Shown here piece after piece: positions 17,916 through 27,526 of a DNA stretch of 64,000 nt. Both the position numbers and the translations under genes were made by a program. Below the pieces are notes generated by a model. It worked only from the letters and a program-made list of their open reading frames with translations. It ran no database searches and was not told the origin of the DNA. The stretch's first letter is position 1. The number at the start of each line of letters is the position of its first letter. Source of the stretch: Spirochaetota bacterium (GTDB lineage: Bacteria > Spirochaetota > UBA12135 > COTS27 > CBDBHE01); NCBI GenBank assembly GCA_965205605.1, contig CBDBHE010000007.1, forward strand, positions 448,001-512,000, given 5' to 3'.

Positions 17916-19643
17916 ATGAATAGAAATGATGGTTCGCTTGAAAGATGGCGTTTCCCTTTGGCGATTTTTCTTTCTTTTTTAACAATTTTTATTTGGTCTT
18001 ATTTAAATCGTTCTTCTGAAAAAGAAGAAGAGACGGTATCTAAAAAACAGTCAATTGTTAATAAAAAAGAGCGTGCTTTACAAGAGCAGGGGACTGAGAA
18101 GAAGTTGTTGATAGTAGAAGAGCCTTCTTTTAAAGAAAACGATGCGATTAAAAAAAATTTTGAGAGAGCAAAATTTTTTCAATTAGAAAATGATCAGTTA
18201 AAAATTGTCTTTAGTAGTTATAATGGAATCATTACACAAAGTATTTTAAAAGAGAAAGGAGAGGAAGCTTTTAGCTTTGATGGCAATAGCTTGCCTTTTT
18301 ATGAGAGTGGTAATCTTAGTTTTTATTCTGTTGAGCATAAAGGAGAGGATATTTTATTTGTGTTAAAAGAGAAGACAAAAGATCGTCTTGTTTTAGAGGG
18401 ACGAGTTAAGTTGTCTAAAAATAGATTTACGGTTAGGAAAGAATATTTTTTAAAAGATTATGAGCTTGGATTAAAGGTGACGCTTATTAATGGGGGAGGG
18501 GGTAATTTTTCAGGTAGTTATTATTTATTTAACGGTTCTTTTATAGGGGAAAAAGAAGTTGGAAAAAAAGATTTATTTAATATTGGAAAGATTTCTTATA
18601 ACATAAAGACAGACTTAGAAGATATTTTTCAGAGAGGATTTTTATCGATGTTTTCACAAGAGAAAACGCATGAAAATATTTTGAGCTTGGTGGATTGGAT
18701 TTCGATTGATAATCGTTTTTATGCCAGAATATTAAAAGGGAATCCTAGAGGGCATGAGGCGGAGTTTTTTAAAATTGAGCGTCGAGATGAAATACATCAA
18801 GTAGGAGCATATAAAGTTTATTTTAAACTAAGTGCTTTTGGAGCAGAATCGCAGCAATTTTCTTACTTTTTTTTCCCAAAAAAACGTGATTTATTAGATA
18901 CGTTTTATGATCAAAAAAGAGAGTATTTTTTTAATTTATTTAGACAAATGAGCTTGATGCGCATTATATCTAGTTGGATGTATTGGTTGTTGATGGGGAT
19001 TAATAGTCAGATCAATAATTTTGGCTTTGCCATTATTTTAATGACGTTAATGATTAAGATCATAACGTTTCCTTTAACGATGAAAAGTTATAAGTCGATG
19101 CATAAAATGCAATTTTTAGCCCCTAAGATGAACCATATTAAAGCACAATATAAGAATAATAAGCAAAAAGCGAATCAAGAGGTCATGGCGCTTTATAAAA
19201 AAGAGAAGGTTAATCCGATGGGAGGATGTCTTCCGATGTTAATACCAATACCGATTTTCATAGCTTTATATTCATTGTTTCAAAATATGGTTGAGCTTAA
19301 AGGGGAATCTTTTTTGTGGATTAATGATTTAACAAAACCAGATATTATTTTTAGCTTGCCATTTTCACTTCCTTTTTTAGGACAAGGGATTCATTTTTTA
19401 CCTATTTTGATGATGGTTTCTCAGTTTGTACAATCGTTTTTGACCCCACAGCCTCAAAATCCAAGTGCTGATGCGAGTGCGATGAAACAGCAAGCTTTTT
19501 TGATGAAGTATTTTATGCCAATTTTTTTCTTTTTTATTTGCTGGCCAATGCCGAGTGCATTAATTTTATTTTGGACCGCCCAAAATATTTTTTCGATTTT
19601 TCAATCATTTTTTTTATTAAAAAAAACTAAGTTGGAGGGATAA
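17916..19643 (+). CDS. yidC: Membrane protein insertase YidC
   Basis: NFGFAIILMT, KSYKSM, NPMGGCLPMLI, FLWINDL, MPSALILFW. Confidence 0.95.
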   Translation: MNRNDGSLERWRFPLAIFLSFLTIFIWSYLNRSSEKEEETVSKKQSIVNKKERALQEQGTEKKLLIVEEPSFKENDAIKKNFERAKFFQLENDQLKIVFSSYNGIITQSILKEKGEEAFSFDGNSLPFYESGNLSFYSVEHKGEDILFVLKEKTKDRLVLEGRVKLSKNRFTVRKEYFLKDYELGLKVTLINGGGGNFSGSYYLFNGSFIGEKEVGKKDLFNIGKISYNIKTDLEDIFQRGFLSMFSQEKTHENILSLVDWISIDNRFYARILKGNPRGHEAEFFKIERRDEIHQVGAYKVYFKLSAFGAESQQFSYFFFPKKRDLLDTFYDQKREYFFNLFRQMSLMRIISSWMYWLLMGINSQINNFGFAIILMTLMIKIITFPLTMKSYKSMHKMQFLAPKMNHIKAQYKNNKQKANQEVMALYKKEKVNPMGGCLPMLIPIPIFIALYSLFQNMVELKGESFLWINDLTKPDIIFSLPFSLPFLGQGIHFLPILMMVSQFVQSFLTPQPQNPSADASAMKQQAFLMKYFMPIFFFFICWPMPSALILFWTAQNIFSIFQSFFLLKKTKLEG

Positions 19644-19648
19644 AACTT

Positions 19649-20278
19649 ATGATGTATCTTGATTATGAAGCTAACACGGAAAAAGAAGCAATTCAACTTG
19701 CTTTGGAATCGTTAGGGCTTACAGAAGAGGATGTTCGTATTGAAATTTTGTCAAAAGAAAAAAAAGGGATTTTTGGAATAGGGAAGAAAGAAAAAGCAAC
19801 AATACGTGTTTATTATAAGGAGAAAAGTGAAATTAGTGGAGCTTTTGAAACGATTAAAACTTTTATTAAAATGCTTGATTCGCAGTCTCATACAGAAATT
19901 ATTTCACTTGATAGCAATCAATATCTTTTAAAAATTGATGGGACAGATTCTTCGCAATTAATTGGAAAAAATGGAAGAAGTTTGGAAGCGATTCAAAATA
20001 TTGTCACAGCTATTCTTTTAAAACAAGGAGATAAGTATCGTGTTAGTGTGGATGTAGACAACTATAAAGCTAAGCGGTATGGGTTAATTGTTAAAAAAGC
20101 TTTGTTTATGGCAAAAAAGGTTGTCAAAACAAAAAAGCCTATTTTACTTAAACCGATGAATTCTTATGAAAGGCGATTGGTGCATATGGAAGTGAGTAAA
20201 AAAGTGAAAGGAGTTTCAACACAATCAGAAGGAGATGGTCGTATTAAAAGTGTAAAAATTGTGCCAGTGGGTTCTTAA
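19649..20278 (+). CDS. jag: Jag/KhpB (EloR) RNA-binding protein
   Basis: Jag_N (EAIQLALESLG...KKGIFGIG), KH (LIGKNGRSLEAIQ), R3H (PMNSYERRLVH). Confidence 0.92.
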   Translation: MMYLDYEANTEKEAIQLALESLGLTEEDVRIEILSKEKKGIFGIGKKEKATIRVYYKEKSEISGAFETIKTFIKMLDSQSHTEIISLDSNQYLLKIDGTDSSQLIGKNGRSLEAIQNIVTAILLKQGDKYRVSVDVDNYKAKRYGLIVKKALFMAKKVVKTKKPILLKPMNSYERRLVHMEVSKKVKGVSTQSEGDGRIKSVKIVPVGS

Positions 20279-20285
20279 ACATTGA

Positions 20286-21680
20286 ATGGATCGTTTTGAT
20301 AAAACTATTATTCAGTTATCAACTCCTTATGTTATTTCAGCGATTCATATTATTCGTGTTTCAGGAAAACAAAGTCTTGATTTTTTAAAAAATCATACGC
20401 TCTTAAAAAGTATTATTGCAAGAAAGGTTTACTACACCTCTTTTTTAATTAATGGGAAAGTAATAGACCATATTTTATGCTTTTTTTTTAAAGAGCCTGC
20501 TTCATATACAGGCGAAGATATGCTTGAGATTCATTGTCATGGATCTCTTTTAGTTGTTAATGATATTTTAAAAGTAGGTGTAAAAGAAAATCTGATTCTT
20601 GCTGAAAGAGGGGAGTTTACCAGGAGAGCTTTTGTTAATGGCAAAATGGACTTAACTCAAGCAGAAGCTCTTAATACGTTCATTCACACTAAAAGTTTTT
20701 ACTTAAAAGAAAATTCTCTTAAAATCTTAGAACGGAAGAGTTTTTTTAGTTTTAAAGAAATTAAAAAGGAGATTCTTGAAATCTTGGCTTACTTAGAATC
20801 TTCTATTGAGTTTCCAGAAGAAGGCATTGAAGAGCTTGATGAAAGTAAAGAGAGTCTTTATAAGCGTTATCAACGCTATATTGAGAGGATAACGAATTAT
20901 TTTCAAACTATTAAAACGAATTATGAAAAAGGAAAAAAATTTGAAGAAGGCTTTCATTTAGCTATTATGGGTCGACCCAATGCAGGTAAGTCGACGTTAA
21001 TGAACGCATTACTTAGAGAAGAAAGAATGTTGGTTTCTGAGATTGAGGGGACGACAAGGGATTTTGTTAAAGAGAGTATTACAGTAGAGGGGATACCGGT
21101 TGTTTTATATGATATGACGGGGATGAGGAGTACGGAAGATCTTTTAGAAAAGGAAGGCATAGAGAAGTCTTTTAAAGCCTTGAAAAGGGTGGATTGGGTT
21201 TTGTATTTACTGTTTTCAGATCGCTGTTTTGAAGAGTTTATTAAGTATCGAGAGGTGTTTTCTAACAAGCAGGTACTGTTTTATCTTAGTAAAAATGATT
21301 TGATGTCTTTAGAAGTCGTAGAAGGATTTAAGCAAAAAGCAAAAGAGATGGGAGTGGATATTATAGGAAACTTTTCTTTAAAAAAAAATCATCAAGAAGC
21401 GGTGGATTTGATAGAGAAGGATTTGAAAAAAGTTTTAGAAAGTTTTTTTGATTTTCCAGCTAATGAGATGTCTCTTTTAAATGAAAGGCAGAAGAAAGTT
21501 TGTGAATTTATTTTGGAAAGCTTAGGTCGTGTAAAAGAAATGATTGGACTAAGGGAAAGCGAAGAAATTGTAAGTGAAGAGATACGCGCCTTGAATGAAT
21601 TTTTAGAAGAGCTTGATTTACAAGTTGGCAATGAAGAAATTTATAACACGTTGTTTCAATCTTTTTGTATAGGAAAGTAG
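20286..21680 (+). CDS. mnmE: tRNA modification GTPase MnmE
   Basis: SYTGED.LEIHCHG, GEFTRRAFVNGKMDL, GRPNAGKST, GTTRD, C-terminal FCIGK. Confidence 0.95.
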   Translation: MDRFDKTIIQLSTPYVISAIHIIRVSGKQSLDFLKNHTLLKSIIARKVYYTSFLINGKVIDHILCFFFKEPASYTGEDMLEIHCHGSLLVVNDILKVGVKENLILAERGEFTRRAFVNGKMDLTQAEALNTFIHTKSFYLKENSLKILERKSFFSFKEIKKEILEILAYLESSIEFPEEGIEELDESKESLYKRYQRYIERITNYFQTIKTNYEKGKKFEEGFHLAIMGRPNAGKSTLMNALLREERMLVSEIEGTTRDFVKESITVEGIPVVLYDMTGMRSTEDLLEKEGIEKSFKALKRVDWVLYLLFSDRCFEEFIKYREVFSNKQVLFYLSKNDLMSLEVVEGFKQKAKEMGVDIIGNFSLKKNHQEAVDLIEKDLKKVLESFFDFPANEMSLLNERQKKVCEFILESLGRVKEMIGLRESEEIVSEEIRALNEFLEELDLQVGNEEIYNTLFQSFCIGK

Positions 21681-21688
21681 TCTTTTTT

Positions 21689-23539
21689 ATGGAAAGAGAA
21701 TTTGATATTGTGGTTGTTGGAGCAGGTCATGCGGGATTGGAGGCTTGTTTGGTGGGGGCGAGATTGGGCCTTAAGACAGCGATGATAACGATGAATATTG
21801 ATCATATTGTTTATATTTCTTGCAATCCGTCTATTGGAGGACTTGGGAAAAGCCATATTGTAAGGGAAATCGATGCTTTAGGGGGAGAGATGGCGAAGGT
21901 GACAGATCGATCGGCGATTCAATATAAGGTTTTAAACAAATCAAAAGGAATGGCAGTTTGGTCACTGAGGGCCCAGATTGATAAGTATTTGTATTCAGCT
22001 AATAGTAAGAAGGTGATCCAAAGAGAGAAGAATTTATTTTTATTTCAAGATGTGGTGATTGATTTACTTGTAAGGGATGGAAAAGTGGAAGGGGTGATGA
22101 CAGAAAGAGGGGGAGTTTTTAAAGCAAAAGCGGTTATTTTATGTACGGGGACTTTTTTAGGAGGGAAGATTTATATTGGTAATTATTCTAAAACGGGAGG
22201 GCGATTAGGGGAGTTGAGTTCGACAGATTTTTGTGATGCACTTATGAAGTATAATTTTAAACTTTTAACGTTTAAAACAGGCACGCCTGCTAGAGTACAT
22301 CGAGAGAGTGTTAATTTTTCTAAAATGGACGTTGAAGCAGGTGATTTGGACTCTAATCTGCGTTTTTCGTATTTAAGTGGGCTCAATAAAAATAAAAGAA
22401 TGCCTTGTTTTATTACGTATACAAATGAAAAAACGCATGAAATTATTTTAAATAATAAGAAAAAATCCCCTCTTTTTTCTGGAAAAATTAAGGGAATTGG
22501 CCCTCGATACTGCCCTTCGATTGAAGATAAAGTAGTGCGTTTTTCTGATAAAAATCGTCATCAACTTTATTTAGAGCCTGAAGGACTTGATACGGATGAA
22601 TATTATGTTAATGGACTTTCTTCAAGTATGCCAGAAGAGATTCAGTATGAGTTTATCCAAACCATCGTTGGTATGGAAGAGGTTAGGATGATTAAACCCG
22701 CTTATGCAGTGGAGTATCATTATTTAGATCCTCTTCATTTGCAACATACTTTAGAAACAAAGCGACTTTTAGGTCTTTATTTTGCAGGCCAAATTAATGG
22801 GACTTCTGGGTATGAGGAAGCGGCTGGTCAAGGACTCGTAGCGGGGATTAATGCGGCTTTAAAAATTAAAGGAGAAAGGGCTTTTATTTTAGACAGGAAA
22901 GAAAGTTATATTGGGGTGATGATTGATGATTTGGTTTTAAAGGGAACAAAAGAACCGTATCGAATGTTTACTTCTAGAGCAGAAAATCGTCTTTCAATGA
23001 GGCTCGATAATGCTGATGAAAGACTGACTGAGAGGGGAAAAAAAATAGGTCTTGTCAGTGATGAGCAGATGGTTTTTTATCAAGAAAAAAAAAAAGAAAA
23101 AAAAAAATGGTATGGAAAGCTGCATTCGTTAAAGCTTTCAAAGGAAGAATTAAAAATTAATTTTCAAGTTGAAAACATAGAAAATACGTTTTTTTTTTCT
23201 TTATTTAAACGTTCAGATTTTAATTTTATGAAGCTAATTAATTTTTTTTTTGAAAAGTATCAAATTTCGAAAGAAGTCCTCATTTCTCTTGGAGCAGATA
23301 TTAAATATGAAGGGTATGTTAAAAAGCAAAAAAGAGAAATTAAAAACCTAGATAAAAAATGGAAGCACCCTATTCCTCAAACGTTTGATTTTGAATCTTT
23401 AAAAGGGCTTAAAAAAGAAGCAAAAGAAAAATTAAATGCGATTAAACCAAAGACTTTAGAACAAGCTTCTCGTATACCCGGTATTACTTTTTCTGATCTT
23501 CAGCTTGTTTTACTTTATCTTAGCCGACTTAGAAAGTGA
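21689..23539 (+). CDS. mnmG: tRNA uridine 5-carboxymethylaminomethyl modification enzyme MnmG (GidA)
   Basis: GAGHAG, SCNPSIGG, GPRYCPSIEDK, AGQINGTSGYEEAA; ATG 21689 preferred. Confidence 0.97.
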   Translation: MEREFDIVVVGAGHAGLEACLVGARLGLKTAMITMNIDHIVYISCNPSIGGLGKSHIVREIDALGGEMAKVTDRSAIQYKVLNKSKGMAVWSLRAQIDKYLYSANSKKVIQREKNLFLFQDVVIDLLVRDGKVEGVMTERGGVFKAKAVILCTGTFLGGKIYIGNYSKTGGRLGELSSTDFCDALMKYNFKLLTFKTGTPARVHRESVNFSKMDVEAGDLDSNLRFSYLSGLNKNKRMPCFITYTNEKTHEIILNNKKKSPLFSGKIKGIGPRYCPSIEDKVVRFSDKNRHQLYLEPEGLDTDEYYVNGLSSSMPEEIQYEFIQTIVGMEEVRMIKPAYAVEYHYLDPLHLQHTLETKRLLGLYFAGQINGTSGYEEAAGQGLVAGINAALKIKGERAFILDRKESYIGVMIDDLVLKGTKEPYRMFTSRAENRLSMRLDNADERLTERGKKIGLVSDEQMVFYQEKKKEKKKWYGKLHSLKLSKEELKINFQVENIENTFFFSLFKRSDFNFMKLINFFFEKYQISKEVLISLGADIKYEGYVKKQKREIKNLDKKWKHPIPQTFDFESLKGLKKEAKEKLNAIKPKTLEQASRIPGITFSDLQLVLLYLSRLRK

Positions 23540-24156
23540 ATTCAATCGAATTTTTTTTAAAAAAACATTTAAATTTTTTAGGTGACTTTCTTTCTGAAGA
23601 GTTAATTTCAAACCTGACTATTTATGTGGGTGAATTGATTGGATATAATCGCTGGCTTAATCTCCTTGGCACGAGTGAAGAGGAAATCATTATTAAAAAA
23701 CATATTGGAGATGTTTTAGCCCCTTATTTTTTGTTTCCTAAGAAAGCAAAAATTGCTGATGTGGGTAGTGGAGCGGGGCTGCCTGGGATTCCCTTGGCTC
23801 TATTTTTAAAAGAGAGCCATTTTACCCTTATTGAATCTAAGAAAAAAAAATGTTTTTTCTTAGAGCATATAAAAAAATTATTAAAAATAAACAATGTTTC
23901 TGTTTTAAATAAAAATGTAAATGAAATTAATGATAAATTTAATATTATTACAATGCGAGCTTTTTCGGATATCCCTAAAGCTTTGAAAGTAACTAGAAAA
24001 ATGTGTTTTAAGAAAACAAGTTATTTTTTTTATAAAGGAAGACAAGAAATGATTGAAAAGGAACTTGGAGGGCTACAAGACTACAAAAAGGAATTAATTC
24101 GTTTAAAGGTTTCTTTTATTGAAGGGGAAAGGCATTTAGTAAAGCTAGTTAAATAA
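23536..24156 (+). CDS. rsmG: 16S rRNA m7G527 methyltransferase RsmG (GidB)
   Basis: DVGSGAGLPGIPLA, IESKKKKC, TMRAF. Confidence 0.93.
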   Translation: MNSIEFFLKKHLNFLGDFLSEELISNLTIYVGELIGYNRWLNLLGTSEEEIIIKKHIGDVLAPYFLFPKKAKIADVGSGAGLPGIPLALFLKESHFTLIESKKKKCFFLEHIKKLLKINNVSVLNKNVNEINDKFNIITMRAFSDIPKALKVTRKMCFKKTSYFFYKGRQEMIEKELGGLQDYKKELIRLKVSFIEGERHLVKLVK

Positions 24157-24185
24157 TATTTAATAGTTTTTTAAGTTGAGAAAAA

Positions 24186-24953
24186 ATGGGTAAAGTAATT
24201 GTGATTGCAAATCAAAAAGGAGGGGTTGGAAAAACAACGACGGTTGTTAATTTAGCAGCTTGTATTGGAAGTAAGCAAAAAAAAGTACTTGTGCTTGATA
24301 TTGATCCACAAGGAAACTCAGCGAGTGGACTGGGTGTAAGTAAAAATAAAGAAACAACGCTTTATGAGGTCATGATCGACCATGTTGATATTAAAAAATC
24401 GATTTTAAAAACAAATTTTGAGAATGTCTTTTTACTTCCTTCCAATGAAACTCTTGCTGGAGCTCAAGTAGAGCTGATTAATGTTATTTCTAGAGAGTCG
24501 GTTTTAAAAAAAGCCATTGAAAGTATTATTAGTGATTATGATTTTATTTTTATTGATACTCCTCCTTCTTTGGGGCTACTGACAATTAATGCTTTTATGG
24601 CTTCTCAGTCGGTGCTGATTCCCATTCAATGTGAGTACTATGCTTTAGAAGGGATCTCGCAGTTGCTTAAGACGATTAAACTAGTTAAAAAAAATCTTAA
24701 TTCTTCTTTGTATATTGAAGGAGTGTGCCTTACGATGTTTGATTCTAGGACGAATCTTTCTAAGGAAGTGATGGGAAATTTAATGTCTCATTTTAAAGAA
24801 AAAGTGTACAAAACTATTATTCCAAGAAATGTCAAAATTTCAGAAGCTCCCTCCCATGGTTTGCCTATTAATTTGTATTGGCCAGAGAGTATGGGTTCGA
24901 TGGCTTATGAAAATTTGACTAAGGAGTTTCTTGAAAAAAATAAAGGTGTGTGA
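24186..24953 (+). CDS. parA: Chromosome partitioning ATPase ParA/Soj
   Basis: NQKGGVGKTTT, DIDPQGN, IDTPPSLG, QCEYYALEG, IPRNVKISEAPSHG. Confidence 0.96.
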   Translation: MGKVIVIANQKGGVGKTTTVVNLAACIGSKQKKVLVLDIDPQGNSASGLGVSKNKETTLYEVMIDHVDIKKSILKTNFENVFLLPSNETLAGAQVELINVISRESVLKKAIESIISDYDFIFIDTPPSLGLLTINAFMASQSVLIPIQCEYYALEGISQLLKTIKLVKKNLNSSLYIEGVCLTMFDSRTNLSKEVMGNLMSHFKEKVYKTIIPRNVKISEAPSHGLPINLYWPESMGSMAYENLTKEFLEKNKGV

Positions 24954-25858
24954 TGAGTGAAAAAAAAAGTTTAGGAAAAGGATTATCGGCTCTTTTTGGT
25001 GATGAGCTTAATGCGGATGATTTTGGAGAAAAGAAAGAAAAAGTTTTAAAAGAGATCGAAAGTCAAATTTTAAGCATTCCTATCGCCCTTGTAAAAGCAA
25101 GTCCAACTCAAGTACGTTCTTTTTTTGATGAAGAAAAACTTGAAGAGTTGGCAACTTCTATTAAACAATTTGGGATTATGGAACCTTTGATCGTTTCAAA
25201 AGAAGCTGGAAAAGATGAGTATCAAATTATAGCTGGCGAAAGAAGGTGGCGAGCTGCTCAAAAAGCAGATTTAAAAGAAGTGCCAGCGATTGTTAGAAAC
25301 GAAAAATCAAACTCTCATCTTTTGGAAATGATGTTAGTTGAAAATATTCAACGAGAAGACCTAACCCCTATAGAAGAAGCTAGTAGTTATGAAATTATTC
25401 TTGAAAGAAAAAAAATTACTCAAGAACAACTTTCTCAAGTCATTGGAAAAAGTAGAGCTCATATTGCTAATTTGCTGCGAATTTTAAAATTACCTAAAGT
25501 TATCCAAGAAGATATTAATTTAAAAAAAATTACTTTAGGTCATGCCAAAGTCCTGCTTAGTTTGGAAAAGGGGATTAATTTAAAAGAAATTGTAGATGAG
25601 ATAATTTCAAATAAACTTTCTGTTAGAGATCTTGAAAAAAAAATAGAATCTTTAAGACAAAAAAAAGAAATGTCATTTTCAAAAAAAAAACCTCAAGATT
25701 TTAAAAACCCTCATCTTCAAGAAATAGAAAATTTACTAAGAGAAAAATTGCAAACAAAAGTAATAATAAAAAAAAACTCTATTAAAAATTTTGGAGTGAT
25801 TGAAATTGAATTTTATAATGATGAAGGGTTGGAATCCATTGTTGAGCGAATTGGATAG
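24950..25858 (+). CDS. parB: Chromosome partitioning protein ParB/Spo0J
   Basis: LGKGLSAL, IIAGERRWRAA (CTP-binding), ENIQREDL, HTH GKSRAHIANLLR. Confidence 0.96.
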   Translation: MMSEKKSLGKGLSALFGDELNADDFGEKKEKVLKEIESQILSIPIALVKASPTQVRSFFDEEKLEELATSIKQFGIMEPLIVSKEAGKDEYQIIAGERRWRAAQKADLKEVPAIVRNEKSNSHLLEMMLVENIQREDLTPIEEASSYEIILERKKITQEQLSQVIGKSRAHIANLLRILKLPKVIQEDINLKKITLGHAKVLLSLEKGINLKEIVDEIISNKLSVRDLEKKIESLRQKKEMSFSKKKPQDFKNPHLQEIENLLREKLQTKVIIKKNSIKNFGVIEIEFYNDEGLESIVERIG

Positions 25859-26250
25859 TCTTTTTTTTTTTTTGAAAGAAACCAAAAAAAACTTATTAAA
25901 ATAAAGATAAATAAATAAATAAATGAAGTAAGCCGTTTAAATAAAAAAGGTTTTTCTATTGTTTTTTTTATTTTTAAGGGAGGAATTTTTAGATAAATAA
26001 TGGTTTCATTATTTTTAATATAACGATTTTTTAAAAAATATTGTGTTTTAAGATAATCTTCCTTGCTTTTAAAAAATTCTTTTAAATAGCTATTCTCTAA
26101 AATAATAGACGTATATTTTTTTTCTAAATTGTCAAGATTTTTCTTTAATTGTTTATTTTCTTCAGATGATTTTTGATAAATATAAATAGGAATACAAAAA
26201 AGAATCGTTAAAAATATTTTTAAGCTCAAATAAGAAAATTTGATTTTCAT
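25813..26250 (-). CDS. Septum formation initiator (FtsB/DivIC)-like membrane protein
   Basis: TM helix, coiled coil, RYIKNNETIIY resembling the DivIC G(Y/L)xxxxE motif, second TM; overlaps the parB end by 46 bp. Confidence 0.5.
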   Translation of the reverse strand: MKIKFSYLSLKIFLTILFCIPIYIYQKSSEENKQLKKNLDNLEKKYTSIILENSYLKEFFKSKEDYLKTQYFLKNRYIKNNETIIYLKIPPLKIKKTIEKPFLFKRLTSFIYLFIFILISFFWFLSKKKKDYPIRSTMDSNPSSL

Positions 26251-26374
26251 TAATAAAATATTCGGGTTTTTTTTATTTTTACTTAAATAATGAATTTTTT
26301 TTAAAAAACAATTTAAAAGGTAGAGAAGATTAGCTAATAGTATTAGAATTTAAAATTAATAAAAGGAAACAAAT

Positions 26375-27058
26375 ATGGAAAAAAATTTAATTAAAAGATG
26401 TACTGCTGAGTTAATGGGTAGTTTTTTCTTAGTGTTTATTGGTTGTGGGGCGGTGATTATGCGAGAGTTAAATCCTCAAGTACTTCCTTTGTCAATGATT
26501 CCATTTGCTTTTGGGGGAACAGTTGCGATTATGGTGTATGTTTTTGGTCATATTTCAGGCACACATATTAACCCTGCGGTGACACTTGCTTTTTTTGTAG
26601 ATAAACAAATTAAATTTAAAGACATGCTCGCTTATATGGGGGTGCAGTGTTTGGGGTGTTTTTTAGCTTCTTTATTTCATTTATGGATTTTTGGGGTAGG
26701 GGGACATTCTTTTGGGGTCACTAAACCGGTTTTATTAGCTTGGCCCGCTTTTTTAGTTGAATTGGTGCTTAGTTTTTTATTAGTTTTGGTTGTTGTGGCG
26801 ACGACGAGCAAAAGAGCTTTTAACATGATGGCAGGCGCTTGTATTGGAGCAACGATTATTTTGGCAGCTGTGGTAGGAGGTAATCTTAGCGGGGCTTCGA
26901 TGAATCCGGCAAGGTCTTTTGGACCGGCTCTCATTTCGCTTGATTTTGGAAGTTTATGGCTTTACATTTCAGCTCCTTTAATGGGAGGTGTTCTAGCGGT
27001 ACTTTCTTATAACTTTGTGAGTAGCAAAAAAAATAATAAAGTTTTTTTTAAAACCTAA
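26375..27058 (+). CDS. Aquaporin / MIP family channel
   Basis: HISGTHINPAVT and SMNPARSFGP (two NPA motifs). Confidence 0.93.
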   Translation: MEKNLIKRCTAELMGSFFLVFIGCGAVIMRELNPQVLPLSMIPFAFGGTVAIMVYVFGHISGTHINPAVTLAFFVDKQIKFKDMLAYMGVQCLGCFLASLFHLWIFGVGGHSFGVTKPVLLAWPAFLVELVLSFLLVLVVVATTSKRAFNMMAGACIGATIILAAVVGGNLSGASMNPARSFGPALISLDFGSLWLYISAPLMGGVLAVLSYNFVSSKKNNKVFFKT

Positions 27059-27235
27059 TTAAATTCTTTCATAAAAAAGTTGTTTTAATTTTCTAAAAAT
27101 AAACTTTTAACAACTACCTGCCTGATGTTTCATTCATTTAAATATTTTTTTTCATTTAGGAGCTATGCTAATATAATGTAAATAAGGTATTAGTGTTTGC
27201 AATAAATATTGTTTAAGTAGAAATTGAATGCTTTA

Positions 27236-27459
27236 ATGAAATAAAATATTCTTATTTTTTCAAAATTTTTTGGTTATAATATCGGAGATGGTAAAAGAAG
27301 CCTCCTGTCAATATTTAATTGATTTAGAAGAAAAAGGTTGTTGTGTCCATGTTGTTTATTTTGAGGGGATCTTTTTTTAATAGTAAAAAACTGAAAATGC
27401 CTTTTCCGCCAACATGGAATATTTATTCCATGCATTTATTTAAAACATTTTCTAAATGA
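27236..27459 (+). pseudogene. Decayed N-terminus of a GT4-like glycosyltransferase
   Basis: Hand translation across a stop and frameshifts: MK*NILIFSKFFGYNIGDGKRSLL / QYLIDLEEKGCCVHVVYFEG, resembling GT4 'GG.E.......L...GH.V.V'. Confidence 0.45.
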
Positions 27460-27526
27460 ACGGTGGATTAAAGCTTTTATAAGATTTTTCCTAAAGACTT
27501 TACAAGTTGATTAGCTATGAGATGTT

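Noticed and set aside
27284-27291. GGAGATGG matching the tmRNA 3' end as an att duplication
   Set aside because: Only 8 bp, within a pseudogene-like frame, and no integrase
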